This document shows, piece after piece, positions 62,701 through 64,000 of a stretch of 64,000 bases of DNA. The DNA comes from Amphiscolops sp. MND2022 (taxonomy: Eukaryota). How positions within the stretch are numbered: position 1 is the stretch's first letter; each line of letters opens with the position of its first letter. A program made the translations under genes and the position numbers. Below the pieces are notes generated by a model. It ran no database searches, was not told the DNA's origin, and worked only from the letters and a program-made list of their open reading frames with translations. The stretch is taken from assembly GCA_964187785.1 (NCBI GenBank), contig OZ076409.1:46440001-46504000 (forward strand). The letters run 5' to 3'.

Positions 62701-64000
62701 ATGAGCTACGAATGAGAAAAAAATTTCGAAAATATTTTGTTTTCTCTTTTGCCCAAAAACACCAAGTATGAAAAAAGTTTTGACGTCATTTTTAGGCCAA
62801 ACTGTAGCCTAATAAACGCTTGTACAATTTACGAAACCATGGACCCTGTATTTGGTCTCAGTTCTGAGAAATAGGGGAACAAAGAAGAAAAATAATCGAA
62901 TATAGCGATTTTTCAAAAATTCTTTTGAAAAAAACCCATGAAGCCGATTTTTTTTGAAAATTTTTTTTCAACGAAAATGTAGCCTAGGATCCTGCCCAAC
63001 GTTTAGCGAAAAGATGGTGTCCGTATCTGTTCTGGGTTTTGAGAAATTGGCCTCACAACCTTGAAAAATTGTCTTATGTCACGAAATCTGCAAAAAAAAC
63101 ATTGGCGCGACCGCATGTCGCTCTTGGGCACAAGCAGAAACGTTCAATGGTCTCTTGAAGGTGTTACAAACTCTTTGGGATCTAGGGCCAACAATTTTGT
63201 GAATTTATCCGGTCTCAGATGAGGACATTTTGATGAAAGAACTAAAAAAATGAAGCAAATTTTTTTTGGGAAAAATGAAAAAATGTACTTTTGGCAGAAA
63301 CCCGAAAGCGCCATACTTCATGACGGAAACCCTGATAGTACAAAAAGTAATCTACATACTTGCCTCACTTTGTGAGGGAAAAAAGTGTTCGTATCTATTT
63401 TCAGTTCTGAGAAATGTTAGCTACAAATTGGGAAAAAATGGAAAAAATCCACAAAAATTTTTTTCTCACTTTATTTGCTAAATTAATCCAGAGCGAAAAA
63501 AATTTCGACAATACTTTTAGCCTAAAACGTAGCCGGAAGGAACCTCTTAAAATTAACGAAACCATGAACCCCATATTTGGTCTCGCTCATGAGATACACG
63601 AGCTCAAGTAAAAAAGAACCAAGGAATTTTTTTGAAAAAAATTGAAGTGTTTTTGGCAGAAAAATGAAGGCGTCATTTTTGATGACGGTAACTTTATTGG
63701 TCCAAAAGTAGCCCATATCTATATTGTTTTTCTCGAAAGAGAACGGTTTCTGTATCTTTTATCAGTTTTGAGAAGTATGAGCTACGAATGAGAAAAAAAT
63801 TTCGAAAATTTTTTGTTTTCTCTTTTGCCCAAAAACACCAAGTATGAAAAAGTTTGGACGTCAGTTTTAGGCCAAAATGTAGCCAAATGAACGCTTGTAC
63901 AATTTACTAAACCATGGACCCTGTATTTGGTCTCAGTTCTGAGAAATAGGGGAACAAAGAAGAAAAATAGTCAAAAAGCGTTTTTTCAAAAATTCTTTTG
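53780..64000. repeat. Macrosatellite, ~1063-1078-bp unit, at least 9.5 copies, runs off the window
   Basis: Marker GGCGCGACCGCATGTCGC at 54519, 55582, 56657, 57726, 58804, 59873, 60950, 62027, 63104. Confidence 0.98.

Noticed and set aside
53889..63716. Recurrent short ORFs in the macrosatellite
   Set aside because: Frames are opened and closed by homopolymer length changes between units; no domains.

Overview
AT-rich, repeat-saturated eukaryotic DNA, most likely from an invertebrate animal (inference from the transposon families). There are no prokaryotic genes, rRNA or CRISPR arrays. The window holds a full-length BEL/Pao LTR retrotransposon (14705-22157; identical 156-bp LTRs, AGCAC TSD) and a decayed Gypsy element (39914-51309, minus; GGGTT TSD). 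Nested inside the Gypsy are a GalEa-like Copia (45670-50319; TGCAG TSD) and three Mutator-like foldback MITEs. Also present: a decayed piggyBac transposase, RTE and CR1-like LINE relics, two families of Helentron-type non-autonomous elements, pogo-like and hAT-like MITEs, a recent 1.1-kb triplication, and tandem arrays with units of about 133, 104, 172 and 1070 bp. Host-gene evidence is limited to a few spliced exons of an unidentified minus-strand gene near 34.7-38.2 kb. Most unusual: (i) a conserved ~160-190-bp GC-rich 'core' that recurs inside foldback elements with five different arm motifs, and also without arms; (ii) a 5.4-kb long-TIR element carrying a 3.3-kb satellite, which shares a segment with a 3.3-6.6 kb island containing another satellite, an orphan ORF and a TARG1-like macrodomain fragment (possible Polinton/virus-derived relics). 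All counts and identities were estimated by eye.
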